A DNA stretch of 64,000 bases. Source: an uncultured Methanoregulaceae archaeon (GTDB taxonomy: Archaea > Halobacteriota > Methanomicrobia > Methanomicrobiales > Methanospirillaceae). The stretch covers positions 128,001 to 192,000 of the forward strand of contig CAWJAX010000005.1 in NCBI GenBank assembly GCA_963841015.1. The letters are read 5' to 3'. Shown in pieces: positions 18,705-29,331 of this stretch. The first letter of the stretch is position 1, and each line of letters starts with the position of its first letter. The translations under genes were made by a program, and so were the position numbers. The notes below the pieces were generated by a model. The model was not told the DNA's origin and made no database searches. It saw nothing but the letters and a program-made list of their open reading frames with translations.

Positions 18705-20481
18705 ATGGCGGAGAATCCGAAGATCAGAACGCCTATTGTCTGCGTCATGGGGCATGTTGATCACGGGAAGACCTCTCTTTTGGACCGTATACGCGGATCC
18801 TCTGTTGTCAGTTCCGAAGTAGGTGCGATTACCCAGCACATCGGAGCGACCATCGTCCCGATAGAAGCGATCCGATCTATGAGTGGGACCATGGGGAAAT
18901 CCATCAATATTCCTGGATTGTTATTCATCGACACTCCGGGGCATCACGCATTCACCACCCTGCGGGCACGTGGCGGGGCATTCAGCTGACATGGCAATCC
19001 TTGTGGTCGATATCAACCAGGGGTTCCAGCCCCAGACAATAGAAGCACTTCAGATCCTGCGGAACTGCCGGACACCCTTTGTCGTTGCAGCCACCAAGAT
19101 TGACCGGATTCATGGCTGGCGGGTATTCGAGAATGAGTCGTTCCTTACATCATTTTCCAAGCAAAACGACCGGGTGAAGGGGGATGTGGAGAACAAGACC
19201 TACGAAATCGTTGGCAAGCTTGCTGAGCTTGAATTTTCTTCAGACCGGTTCGACAGGGTATCTGATTTCAAACGCAACCTGGCAATTGTGCCGGTCAGTG
19301 CACATACCGGAGAAGGCATTTCAGATCTCCTGCTGGTAATGATCGGGCTTGCCCAGCGGTATATGGGAGAGGAACTTGCACTTCTGGTCGAAGGTCCGGG
19401 CGCTGGTACCGTACTTGAAGTCAAGGAAGAAAGAGGACTTGGGACGACGCTTGACGTGATCCTGTATGACGGGACACTTGCGATTGGTGATGAAATTGCA
19501 GTTGCCACACAGGAGGCTGTTGTGGTGACGAAAGTGCGGTCGCTCTTAAAACCCCGCCCCATGAAAGAGATCCTCATTGAAGACAGGTTCGATCGGGTGA
19601 AGTCAGTAGCTGCAGCGGCCGGGATCAAGGTCACCGCTCCGAACCTCGAGAGCGTGATTGCAGGATCGCCGTTTTTTGTAATCCGTGGCAACAGGGAAGA
19701 AGTCGAAGCAAAGATAAAAAAAGAGATGACTGAGATTCACGTCAAACTCGCTGAAGAAGGAATCGTAATTAAGGCAGATACAATCGGGGCTCTGGAAGCA
19801 CTCTGTAAGGAACTTGAGGGAAAAGAAATCGGAGTAATGCGGGCAGAAGTCGGACCGGTAAGCCGGCACGACCTGATTGATACGGAAACCATCAAAAACC
19901 CGGTATTTCGCGTACTTCTCTCGTTTAATACCCAGATCCTTCCTGACGCTTCTGATATGATCAAAAACCCCCTGTATACGCAGGTAAAAGTGTTTGAGGG
20001 AAGAGTAATCTACCAGCTGATCGACCAGTATCTTGCGTGGCGGGACGAGCAGAAACGGCTCCTGGAAAAGCAGCGTTTTGAGCACATTGTGATGCCGGCA
20101 AAAATCCGGCTCCTTCCTGATTGTGTATTCCGTCAAAGCAACCCTGCGGTTGTCGGAGTGCGGGTGCTTGGCGGGAAGCTGCGCAACGATGTTAACCTTA
20201 TAAAAACTGACGGGAAGAAAGTAGGGCATCTCAAATCCATGCAGCTCCGCCAGGAATCCATTCGCGAAGCAGATGCCGGACTTGAAGTTGCGATCTCGAT
20301 TGAGGGTGTTACCGTAGGGCGGCAGCTGAACGTGGGGGATGACCTGTTTGTGGATATTCCGGAGCGTCACGTGAAAGTTCTCGAGCGCGAGATGCTCAAA
20401 ACCCTGAACGTGAGCACACAGGAAATTCTTGGTGAGTTCACGACGATGAAGCGGAAAAGTGAGCCCTTCTGGGGGAAATAG
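18705..20481 (+). CDS. infB: Translation initiation factor aIF5B (IF-2), one extra base near 18983
   Basis: [35 protein letters not shown]|(L)[21 protein letters not shown]. Confidence 0.95.
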
Positions 20482-20637
20482 CCATAGAGGTACTTACCAT
20501 TGACGCGAGGATTTAATAGCGTATCAGTATAATAAAATGGGTACTTCTCATGTGTAGGCATAATTGCCGGCAGCCCAGAGACGTGAAAAAATCCAATACC
20601 TGGGTTTTTTGATGAAAATCAATACGGAGCAAAAAAG

Positions 20638-21063
20638 ATGGTTGAGTTAAAAATCGTCGTATCAGACCCAAAAACCGGTCGCGCTTATAATGTGGACGCA
20701 AGTGGCGGCGCCGCGGGTGCAATCGTGGGCAAACGTATCGGAGAGGAAATCGATGCAGGTGCAATGGGACTTGCAGGCTATAAAATCCTGATCACCGGTG
20801 CATCCGATCGGACCGGAATACCCGCAAAAAAGAGCCTGCCGGGCGCAGGGAGAAAAAAGCTGCTCATGACAGCCGGTGTCGGGTTCCATCCGACTATGGA
20901 GGGAGAGCGACGGAGAAAGACTATCAGGTCAAACGAGATCACCGCTGACTTCGTACAGATTAATGCCCGCGTAACTACCTATGGAGACAAAACCCTGGAA
21001 GAACTCTTTCCTAAAGTCGAGGGAGAGAAAGCAGAGAAAAAGGTAAAAGCCGGCAGAAGATAA
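20638..21063 (+). CDS. rps6e: 30S ribosomal protein S6e
   Basis: KIVVSDPKTG...ITGASD...GERRRKTIR...VQIN. Confidence 0.95.
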   Translation: MVELKIVVSDPKTGRAYNVDASGGAAGAIVGKRIGEEIDAGAMGLAGYKILITGASDRTGIPAKKSLPGAGRKKLLMTAGVGFHPTMEGERRRKTIRSNEITADFVQINARVTTYGDKTLEELFPKVEGEKAEKKVKAGRR

Positions 21064-21134
21064 TATATCTTTTTTTTGATTTTTTGTTTTATTTTGCCGT
21101 TTTGAGCAAATAAAAAAAAGAGAGGAACAGATCC

Positions 21135-21587
21135 TTAGATCTTATAGTTAATACTGGCAATGCCATACGGTGTTGAATTCTTCGCTGATACTAACGATTT
21201 CCCGTTTTTAAAGAGCTCTACGGTGATTTCGTGCTTTGTTGATCCATCATCTTTTTTGAAGGTCGCCGAAACGTTTCCCGTTGCATTGGCGATTTCATAG
21301 AGTTTGACACCGGAATTTGGAACGGGTTTTATCATCACGTTGTTGACGCCATAGGTGCCAGAAAATCCACCAAGATAACTGACTTTGACATACACTCCGG
21401 TAACAGGGATAGTAACCTGTGTTGTTGGCTTAACGGTCAGAGTACCTGATACCTGCGTCGGTTGGGTACTGGTTCCTGTGGGCTTCGTGGTAACCTGTGG
21501 TGTAGATTGCTGACTTGTACAACCAGTTATTAGTACAATTCCTACAAGGGACAGAATAACTAAGACCACTACCCATTTTCTAATCAT
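21135..21587 (-). CDS. Hypothetical lipoprotein
   Basis: Lipobox LITGC, Thr-rich linker, beta-rich C-terminal domain. Confidence 0.75.
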   Translation of the reverse strand: MIRKWVVVLVILSLVGIVLITGCTSQQSTPQVTTKPTGTSTQPTQVSGTLTVKPTTQVTIPVTGVYVKVSYLGGFSGTYGVNNVMIKPVPNSGVKLYEIANATGNVSATFKKDDGSTKHEITVELFKNGKSLVSAKNSTPYGIASINYKI

Positions 21588-21781
21588 AAAGATCCCTCTT
21601 TGAAAATAGGTTCAGCAATATGCAAGAGTTGTCCCACAAATCCCTTCTGTTTCTCGTCATAAATATACCTCTTCATACTTGTCTGTTGATATATAAGGAA
21701 TAAATGGGCGAAATACTTTGTTGTTACAAGAGCGGTTTTTTGCATCCTGTTATAAGTAAAAAAAACAGACCCCGTAAAAAA

Positions 21782-22243
21782 TTACACTTTTTTCATGCTC
21801 GCTATGAGCGCTTCTCTTAAATCCTTGAAAGGGACATTGTATTTTTTTGCGAGCAGAACGAGTGCTGCCGCCGGGAGAAGATTGCCATCAAACCGCTCTT
21901 TGATGATCTGGTTCATTTCGGAAACTACTTCGGTTTCCTTCATCCCCTGTGCATTTGCAATCCTTCCAATCAGTTCCTGCGATGGGTCATTACGTTCAAA
22001 AATTGAAGAAGTGGGTTTGAATCCAACGGGAATGATAATATCCCTGATATCGAAACGGGGAGAGAAAACGCCATTCGCCTGACCGATAAGTCCGTCTTCC
22101 TCGGCCCGCTGCAATAGCTGATTCGCCTGCTCAGTGCTCATCCACTTACGATCAAGCGCGTAATAATATACCAGCTCGTTCTTTCTCATCCCGGTTTTCC
22201 GGGTATGTTTGAAAGGTGCTGCAACGGTGATCCGAATCGTCAA
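21782..22243 (-). CDS. DUF2240 family protein
   Basis: ITVAAPF...ALDRKWMSTEQA...IPVGFKP archaeal conserved pattern. Confidence 0.8.
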   Translation of the reverse strand: MTIRITVAAPFKHTRKTGMRKNELVYYYALDRKWMSTEQANQLLQRAEEDGLIGQANGVFSPRFDIRDIIIPVGFKPTSSIFERNDPSQELIGRIANAQGMKETEVVSEMNQIIKERFDGNLLPAAALVLLAKKYNVPFKDLREALIASMKKV

Positions 22244-22662
22244 TTTGAGGCACCCAGAAGGATATTTTTCAGGTCCAGCGCGTCCAGTCCCTCGCCACGC
22301 CCTTCCTTTGCAATATCAATGTCGGTCCTTGATACCTGGTCGGTCAGTCTGATATAGAAGACGTCATTTGCAATCGGAACCTTTCCACCACCGCGAAGTG
22401 CAAGCGCGAGCAGTGATACCTGCATATCAACAGCTTCGGTGATCACTCCCGGGCGCAAGACATCCGGTGTAATGTCCCCAAATGTTGCCCGGTCGACTGC
22501 AATCTTCACCTTTGTCTTTACCTTCACCAGTTCCTTTCCAGTCGTCTTGGTGGACTCTGCATTATCAAGACCTGCAATATGTTTCAGCGTATCGTTAAAC
22601 GGCATTCCCATTGCAAATGAGAGGTCCACCCGCTGAGGAAATCGATAATAGATCCTTCGCAT
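22240..22662 (-). CDS. Hypothetical protein
   Basis: 140-aa ORF overlapping the DUF2240 start. No motif recognised. Confidence 0.6.
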   Translation of the reverse strand: MRRIYYRFPQRVDLSFAMGMPFNDTLKHIAGLDNAESTKTTGKELVKVKTKVKIAVDRATFGDITPDVLRPGVITEAVDMQVSLLALALRGGGKVPIANDVFYIRLTDQVSRTDIDIAKEGRGEGLDALDLKNILLGASN

Positions 22663-22833
22663 GATTAGACTATGTGGAGGTCTTAGAGAAAAAAGATTGC
22701 TGAATACCAGTTTTAATCGTTCTTCAAATGACCGTGAAATGCTTTTTTTAATACTGGTGCATTCTCAAACGGGAAAATGCAGATAAAACCTAAAAAATGA
22801 TTAAAAAAAGTCTGTTCCTTGAGGTTTTTTTGA

Positions 22834-23211
22834 TTATTCGAGTAACACCGCATTGATCACGCCGTCCTGACCCGGACGGCTCATGATACGGGCATTTCCG
22901 ATCTCTGTCTTGATGATGGCACCTTTCGTCAGAAGATTTCGCCGTACATAGTTCGGGTTCGCTCCATTCTCAACGACACTCGCGATCGCAACTTTTTTGC
23001 ACTCACCGTTTTTGAGATTGGTCACGTTTGCAAAGCTTGCACGAAGCGCACGGACTTTCTGGTTTGCGCCGGTAGTACGGATATTCTTTCTCCGGTCTTC
23101 ACCGATATGGGTATCTGCGGGTGCGAGCCCGATCTCCGTTCTCCGCTTCATCTGTGCCGGGCGGCGTCTGCCCCCAGTCACTTTTCGTACTGATTCTCCT
23201 TGCCACTGCAT
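22834..23211 (-). CDS. rps8e: 30S ribosomal protein S8e
   Basis: MQWQGESVRKVTGGR...NYVRRNLLTKGAII...SRPGQDGVINAVL. Confidence 0.96.
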   Translation of the reverse strand: MQWQGESVRKVTGGRRRPAQMKRRTEIGLAPADTHIGEDRRKNIRTTGANQKVRALRASFANVTNLKNGECKKVAIASVVENGANPNYVRRNLLTKGAIIKTEIGNARIMSRPGQDGVINAVLLE

Positions 23212-23425
23212 GGTATCACTCTCAATAATATTTCTGCGGAAACCTGTCCCGAAGATGGTGCTCTATATATTCCCTTCAGAATTATTTATAGTATTTCCCG
23301 ATTGATTCGTGTTCCCTTCCATACCCATACGGATGAGCGAGAGGGATTTGTTTAAACCTCCTGTAATCCTTGGCAAAAAACAAGGGATCTTTTCTCTGTA
23401 CTTGCATCCGGTTTTTTTGTTTTTT

Positions 23426-24073
23426 TTACGAGAGAATTGAATCAAGAAGTGCCATAATACCATCACCGGTCTTCAGGTTGGTGAAAAAGACGGGCATCCG
23501 TGGATTGTACCGATGGATGTCTGATTCCATCCGGTCGAGATTTGCTCCAACAAGGGGAGCGAGATCAACCTTGTTGATCACTCCAATCGTGCAGTCACGG
23601 AACATCATCGGATGCTTGTTTACCACGTCATCACCTTCTGTTGTGCTCACAATTACAATTCTCTTTTCTGCCCCAAGACGGAAATCTGTTGGGCAGACCA
23701 TATTGCCCACGTTCTCAATAAAAAGAATATCAATAGCATTGAGTGGCAGGTGTTCGATTGCGTGTTCTACAAGATGGGCATCAAGATGACATTCCTTACC
23801 GGTATTTGCATTGAATGCAGGGATACCCAATGCCACGATCCGTTTGAAATCATCGTCCCCAAACACATCTCCCGCAATCGCGCCCGCACGCAATCCCTTT
23901 TTTTTAAGCAGGGGAACAAGACGCTCAATGAGTGCAGTTTTTCCCGAACCGATGGCTCCAAGCAGGTCAAATGCCCGGACACCATGGTCTTTCAGGAATT
24001 TTGCATTATTGTCTGCAAGGGTGTTGTTGACGTCGTAAATATCTTTCTCAATCCTGACGTCGATGTGATGCAT
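23426..24073 (-). CDS. hypB: Hydrogenase nickel incorporation GTPase HypB
   Basis: GAIGSGKT, TGKECHLDAH, ENVGNMVCP, STTEGDD...KHP, NKVD. Confidence 0.95.
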   Translation of the reverse strand: MHHIDVRIEKDIYDVNNTLADNNAKFLKDHGVRAFDLLGAIGSGKTALIERLVPLLKKKGLRAGAIAGDVFGDDDFKRIVALGIPAFNANTGKECHLDAHLVEHAIEHLPLNAIDILFIENVGNMVCPTDFRLGAEKRIVIVSTTEGDDVVNKHPMMFRDCTIGVINKVDLAPLVGANLDRMESDIHRYNPRMPVFFTNLKTGDGIMALLDSILS

Positions 24074-24127
24074 AGTACAAGGTACGAGCGTACACTGTTT
24101 ATACCTTGACCCACAAATTCTCCTGTA

Positions 24128-24403
24128 ATGGCGCAAGGCGAGTGCATATTATATCCCTGCTACTTCAACGCGGCTTATTCACGTCGTCAGGGGCGAAGGG
24201 TGGCACGGAGTCGCGGAGCGAAGGCACCGGTAATCAGTGATCTCGAACGCGCATTGAAACACGCCAATGTTACGTTCAGGATTGAGGAACACCACCACCC
24301 TGCTCACTGGATGCGGCGGGAGGGTCGTATTGTTGCAGAATGGCACGAAGGCAAAGAGGCGCTCATCAAAAAAGTTGCCCAGAAACTCGAGGTGAAACGG
24401 TGA
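24128..24403 (+). CDS. srp19: Signal recognition particle protein SRP19
   Basis: ILYPCYFNAAYSRRQGRRV...HPAHW...GRI...K. Confidence 0.9.
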   Translation: MAQGECILYPCYFNAAYSRRQGRRVARSRGAKAPVISDLERALKHANVTFRIEEHHHPAHWMRREGRIVAEWHEGKEALIKKVAQKLEVKR

Positions 24404-25053
24404 GCGGTTCATATGACCTGCATACCCATTCTATCCTTTCTGATGGCGAGATGCTCCCCATCGAATTAATCCGACGGATGGCAGTGCTTGGGTATACGAC
24501 GGTTGCTATCACTGATCATGTTGACGCATCCAATACCACCTCTGTCATTGAATCTCTCGTTCAGATACGGGATTCTGCAAATATTTATGGAGTAAGATTG
24601 CTCTGTGGTGTTGAGATTACTCATGTTCCCCCATCGCAGATAGCAGATCTGGCAAAAACAGCAAAAACTGCCGGGGCAGATATCGTTATCGTTCATGGAG
24701 AGACACCGGTTGAGCCGGTGGCTGGCGGGACAAATCATGCAGCGTGCGGGTGCAAATACGTGAATGTGCTTGCGCACCCGGGACTCATCACTCTTGAAGA
24801 TGCACTTCATGCCGCAAAGAACGGCATTGCACTTGAGATTACGTCGCGTGGCGGGCATAACCGGACAAATGGTCATGTTGCTCAGGTCGCACGTGAAGCA
24901 GCATGTCAGCTTGTTGTAGACTCTGATGCGCATGCGCCCCATGACCTGCTGGATGAGCGCGCGAAATTTGTGGTCGCAAAAGGAGCCGGACTTACTGATG
25001 CTGAGTGCAGACAGGTTATATCTTTAAATATCGACCAGTTTCTGGGTTCCTGA
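24400..25053 (+). CDS. PHP-family phosphoesterase (histidinol phosphatase-like)
   Basis: YDLHTHS...SDG, ITDH, GVEITH, LAHPG, DSDAH. GTG start overlaps the srp19 stop. Confidence 0.88.
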   Translation: MSGSYDLHTHSILSDGEMLPIELIRRMAVLGYTTVAITDHVDASNTTSVIESLVQIRDSANIYGVRLLCGVEITHVPPSQIADLAKTAKTAGADIVIVHGETPVEPVAGGTNHAACGCKYVNVLAHPGLITLEDALHAAKNGIALEITSRGGHNRTNGHVAQVAREAACQLVVDSDAHAPHDLLDERAKFVVAKGAGLTDAECRQVISLNIDQFLGS

Positions 25054-25154
25054 AATTTCTATTTATACCTTTTCTCAATATTTAAATACTAGTGCGTCTT
25101 TCATATATAGATTACTAAATTATTTCATTACCATCGTATCCTGGTGGGTGTTGT

Positions 25155-25378
25155 GTGAAAGTTGTTGGTCGAGCGATGAGCACCATTGGCAATCGGATGC
25201 TCATTATTCAGTGCGATGCCGCACAGCTTCCCCATTGTACAGCGAAGTAACTGATCGTCGGATGAAACCTGTGGGAAAGATACTGGACCTCTTTGGTAAT
25301 ATCAAAAACCCCTATGCAGCTGTACTCTGCCGGGAAAAATGCACTGTCCAGCCGAATGAAAAGCTCTTCGCAAAATGA
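25155..25378 (+). CDS. gar1: H/ACA RNP subunit Gar1 (one base missing near 25230)
   Basis: MKVVGRAMSTIGNRMLIIQCDAAQLP|PLYSEVTDRRMKPVGKILDLFGNIKNPYAAV. Sits in the usual position upstream of tfb. Confidence 0.8.
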
Positions 25379-25449
25379 TGACACCCCTTGGAGTACCAGG
25401 GTCCTCATGCAGAGAAAAATTAAAAAAATGGAAAAATTGGTGATTATTG

Positions 25450-26454
25450 ATGCAGGAAGTTGAAAAATTAAAAGTCCTTCAGAGTGAACGGGAAGCTCTC
25501 AAATTACGCACGAAAGGAAAAGAGACCGAGAAGAAGGCTGAAAACCATACTGAAACCGTCTGCCCGGAGTGCGGGGGCAGACAGACTTGTCCATGACTAT
25601 GAACGGGCAGAACTGGTCTGCCAGGGTTGCGGTCTCGTCATTGATGGCGATTTCATTGACCGGGGTCCTGAGTGGCGTGCATTTGACCACGACCAGCGTA
25701 TGAAGCGCTCACGTGTCGGAGCTCCCATGACATTTACGATTCATGACAAGGGTCTTTCAACGATGATTGACTGGCGCAACCGTGATTCGTATGGCAGGGC
25801 AATCTCATCGAAAAACCGTGCACAGCTCTACCGGCTTCGCAAATGGCAGCGCCGTATTCGTGTCAGTAATGCAACCGAACGCAATCTTGCATTCGCCCTT
25901 TCAGAACTTGATCGTATGGCCTCTGCACTCGGTCTTCCGAGAAACGTCCGGGAGACTGCAGCAGTTGTTTACCGGGATGCGGTGGACAAGAACCTGATCC
26001 GGGGGCGGAGCATTGAAGGTGTTGCCGCAGCAGCACTCTATGCAGCCTGCCGCCAGTGCAATGTACCCGTACCCTTGATGAGATTGCAGAAGTATCCCGT
26101 GTATCCAGAAAAGAGATCGGCAGGACTTACCGGTTCATCTCCAGGGAACTCGGGCTCAAACTTCTCCCGACATCCCCCATTGATTATGTACCACGCTTCT
26201 GCTCCGGGCTTTCACTCAAGGGTGAAGTGCAAAGCCGGGCTGTTGAAATCCTGCGTCAGGCAGGAGAACGTGAATTAACAAGTGGCAGGGGTCCGACCGG
26301 TGTAGCCGCAGCCGCAATTTACATATCCTCTATCCTGGGCGGTGAACGACGCACCCAGCGCGAAGTGGCAGAAGTGGCTGGTGTAACAGAAGTCACTATC
26401 AGGAACAGATATAAGGAACTGGCAGAAAAGTTAGATATCGAGATTATTCTCTGA
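25450..26454 (+). CDS. tfb: Transcription initiation factor TFB (two indels, near 25585 and 26066)
   Basis: CPECG...[30 protein letters not shown], two cyclin repeats, GRGPTG...[13 protein letters not shown]. Confidence 0.95.
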
Positions 26455-26469
26455 TATCATTTCATTTTT

Positions 26470-26541
26470 GGGCTCGTAGATCAGGGGTAGATCGTTACGT
26501 TCGCAACGTAAAGGCCGCGGGTTCAATTCCCGCCGGGTCCA
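26470..26541 (+). tRNA. tRNA-Ala(CGC)
   Basis: Cloverleaf with G3:U70, anticodon arm TTACG-TTCGCAA-CGTAA. Confidence 0.95.
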
Positions 26542-26974
26542 TGTTCTAATTTTTTTTAATATTTACATTATAAAAAAAGTTACTTTTTTATTTGTCTCCT
26601 CAACTTCACCTTACGGCATGGCTTAAGGTTTTGCCACCAGCTCCCTGAGGTCGTTTATTGTTGTCAGAATAATCTGGTTACCGGTTTCGGGTTATGGGGG
26701 ATTACAATGTATTCGATAAGTCCGTTTTCCTCCTTTTTTAATTCAATGATGAGTTTGGCCATTTCTATACACTCCGATTCAATATCGCAAAGAAATTATT
26801 AATTTCCTTTGAGTATTTTTTGTGTCCGCTGCTGAATTTTCCTGTTTCCTGCCATTTTTCCATTTCCTGCTGTCTTTTTCAAAACGACCGTGACCAAAAC
26901 GGATATAAGTGACAACTGAACAATAATGATGATATTAATTTATTATCACCCGGTTAAACAATTGAAGGGAAACT

Positions 26975-28105
26975 ATGGTCGGCGTAAATAATACCCATAA
27001 ATCATTCATTCTTATACTGTTTGCTGTAATGCTGTTCGTAATGCCTTCAGCTGCAATCAACACTGCCATTTATGGTGACACCGCAGGTTTCAATCCTGAT
27101 CTCCATAAGGATACTTTCACTATTGTATATTCCCTCCCGGGTTCTTTGGGATCAGATCTCGATACCAACATCACGAAATATACCGACCCCACCGTTGACG
27201 TTATCTTTATGGGGGGCAAGGATACCTTTAGTCCTGCAACTGCATCACTGCTCGAAAAAGCAGTTGCGTCCGGGAAGATCTTCGTGGTGAGCAATAATAA
27301 TTACCAGAAGTTTGATTCCAGTCTGCCAGCTGCAAGTAAAGGTTCCGTAGCGGATGGACAGTATCTTCTCGTGACTGATCCAAATACAACGCTCTCGAAA
27401 ACAATTTTTAGTGGAATACGTACGAACTTCACAAACAATGACCCTGTTTCCAAGCGTTCACCTGCCGAAGCCAAAGCGGGTTCAGTTACACTCCTGAATT
27501 ATGATAATGGCGATCCTGCCCTCCTCTACTGGCAGTATGGGAACGGGTATGTTATTGAATGGACTCCTGTATCGAATAGCAGATATCTGAGCACCACGGA
27601 AGCTGATCTCATCAATCAACGTTTAATCACTTTTCTTGCAAACGAGATGTTACCCAAAACAACGGTCACAACACCCGCTGGAACACCATCGAATGCAGGA
27701 AGTGTCTCAGTTTATTCGTCTCCCCTTGGGGCCAGTGTCCTGATTGATGGAAGGTACTATGGAACTACACCGGCAAACCTGACCGACATTCAGCCGGGAA
27801 ATCATATCATCAGATTGTCGTTGAGTGGCTATTACGATTACGAAGGTACGATCTATGTACTTGCAGGTCAGACAACTCATGCATACGGGACGCTTCCACC
27901 ATTAAACCAGGTCATTTCATCAAATACAGTTACTCCTGTAGCAACACCGATTATTGTTGCAGTACCGGTGACCGCAGAACCCACACCAAAACAGGGAGCT
28001 TTTGAAAATCCTGGTGTGATTGCGGCCATAATAGGGGTTATTACTGCATCTATTGGAGCAATCGCCACGATTTTTTCCCATATATCAAAGGCTAAAAAAG
28101 AGTAA
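26975..28105 (+). CDS. Cell-surface PEGA-domain protein with C-terminal TM anchor
   Basis: Signal peptide, VYSSPLGASVLIDGRYYGTTP...PGNHIIRLSLSGY PEGA repeat, C-terminal hydrophobic helix with basic tail. Confidence 0.85.
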   Translation: MVGVNNTHKSFILILFAVMLFVMPSAAINTAIYGDTAGFNPDLHKDTFTIVYSLPGSLGSDLDTNITKYTDPTVDVIFMGGKDTFSPATASLLEKAVASGKIFVVSNNNYQKFDSSLPAASKGSVADGQYLLVTDPNTTLSKTIFSGIRTNFTNNDPVSKRSPAEAKAGSVTLLNYDNGDPALLYWQYGNGYVIEWTPVSNSRYLSTTEADLINQRLITFLANEMLPKTTVTTPAGTPSNAGSVSVYSSPLGASVLIDGRYYGTTPANLTDIQPGNHIIRLSLSGYYDYEGTIYVLAGQTTHAYGTLPPLNQVISSNTVTPVATPIIVAVPVTAEPTPKQGAFENPGVIAAIIGVITASIGAIATIFSHISKAKKE

Positions 28106-28248
28106 GGGGACTTCGGCAGGGATAAATTCCCTTTTTTGCAACTTTGATAATTGACATATTGTATTCTGACTTCACAATTTCAAGAATGATCAGTAACAAC
28201 TATATGGAATCCGCAGAAAAATAGTATACCGCAACCTTTTATTCAAAA

Positions 28249-28320
28249 GGGCTCGTAGATCAGGGGTAGATCGTCACGTTTGCAACGTGAAGGCCACGGG
28301 TTCAAATCCCGTCGAGTCCA
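28249..28320 (+). tRNA. tRNA-Ala(TGC)
   Basis: Cloverleaf with G3:U70, anticodon arm TCACG-TTTGCAA-CGTGA. Confidence 0.95.
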
Positions 28321-28341
28321 CTCGTTTTTCCAGGTAAAAAA

Positions 28342-28788
28342 TCAATCTATCCAGTCAAGTGATACCCGTGGTTTTTCCTGTTCCCCCTGTTTTTCCAGTT
28401 TTTCTTTCACTTTTTTTACCGCAATAATTGCAGGTGACGATTGGTGTTCGTACTGCCCGTAGTCCATATAATCACGAGTTATCCTGTCATCACCACCAAC
28501 AGTAATCTCCTGCATGAGAGATACCTGCTCTTCATTCCCCGGGGATATTGAAGTGTTTTCAATACGGGGTAAATCATAGATCTTCTGCGGTGGATTTTCG
28601 GAGACATGAACTGGTTCCGGCAGGGTAAGCGGGGGAGGAGCTGCTTTCTTGAGCTCCGTGGAAACCGGGGCGGTGGCAGGAGAACCCGGTGAATTACCTG
28701 ACCGGTACATAAGAAACTCCACAAACTCTTCAACTTCTTTTCGCTGTTCAGGAGACAGTCTGTCCAGTTTACTCTCCAAAGATTCCAT
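28342..28788 (-). CDS. Hypothetical protein (DUF2281-like N-terminal helices, disordered middle)
   Basis: LDRLSPEQRKEVEEFVEFL, Pro-rich linker, C-terminal LDWID. Confidence 0.65.
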   Translation of the reverse strand: MESLESKLDRLSPEQRKEVEEFVEFLMYRSGNSPGSPATAPVSTELKKAAPPPLTLPEPVHVSENPPQKIYDLPRIENTSISPGNEEQVSLMQEITVGGDDRITRDYMDYGQYEHQSSPAIIAVKKVKEKLEKQGEQEKPRVSLDWID

Positions 28789-29050
28789 GTGATGCGCCAA
28801 AGGATTATCTGATAAATGAAATATCTTTCATTCATCATATTTATAGTCTGTAACCTGGATTACCGCTACTTTTCTGTTCTCTTCACTGTCGTTTACCGCT
28901 TCTTGCCAGGCCAGACCGAAAAAGTGGTACTACTATCGACAGTTAAAAATGTGCAATAAAACGTAAGCACCAGCAGCCAGATGAAAAACATTCCGGCGGT
29001 CGGATGAGGTGGCTCAACAGTTCTTGGATAAAAAAGAGTGGCAAACCGTG

Positions 29051-29275
29051 TCAGATTATTTCATATTTACGAAGTAAAAACCCGCATCCTGCATACAGGG
29101 ATACCAATACGAGAATGATCGCAGACCATAAGAGGATAAACCCGGTATCTCCTGAAACCAGCGCATCCCAGAATTTCTTGATAAAGAACACTATCCCGAG
29201 TGTTATGATGATCAATCCGCCATAAATAATGACGATCGCACCGAAGCCCTGAACGACCATATCGTCCATATTCAC
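29051..29275 (-). CDS. Small hypothetical membrane protein (2 TM)
   Basis: 74-aa hydrophobic ORF. Confidence 0.55.
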   Translation of the reverse strand: MNMDDMVVQGFGAIVIIYGGLIIITLGIVFFIKKFWDALVSGDTGFILLWSAIILVLVSLYAGCGFLLRKYEII

Positions 29276-29331
29276 TAGTGGGTAATCCGCCTATATGAAC
29301 TCCGCCGTTTCACATCCGCATTCAATTTCGT

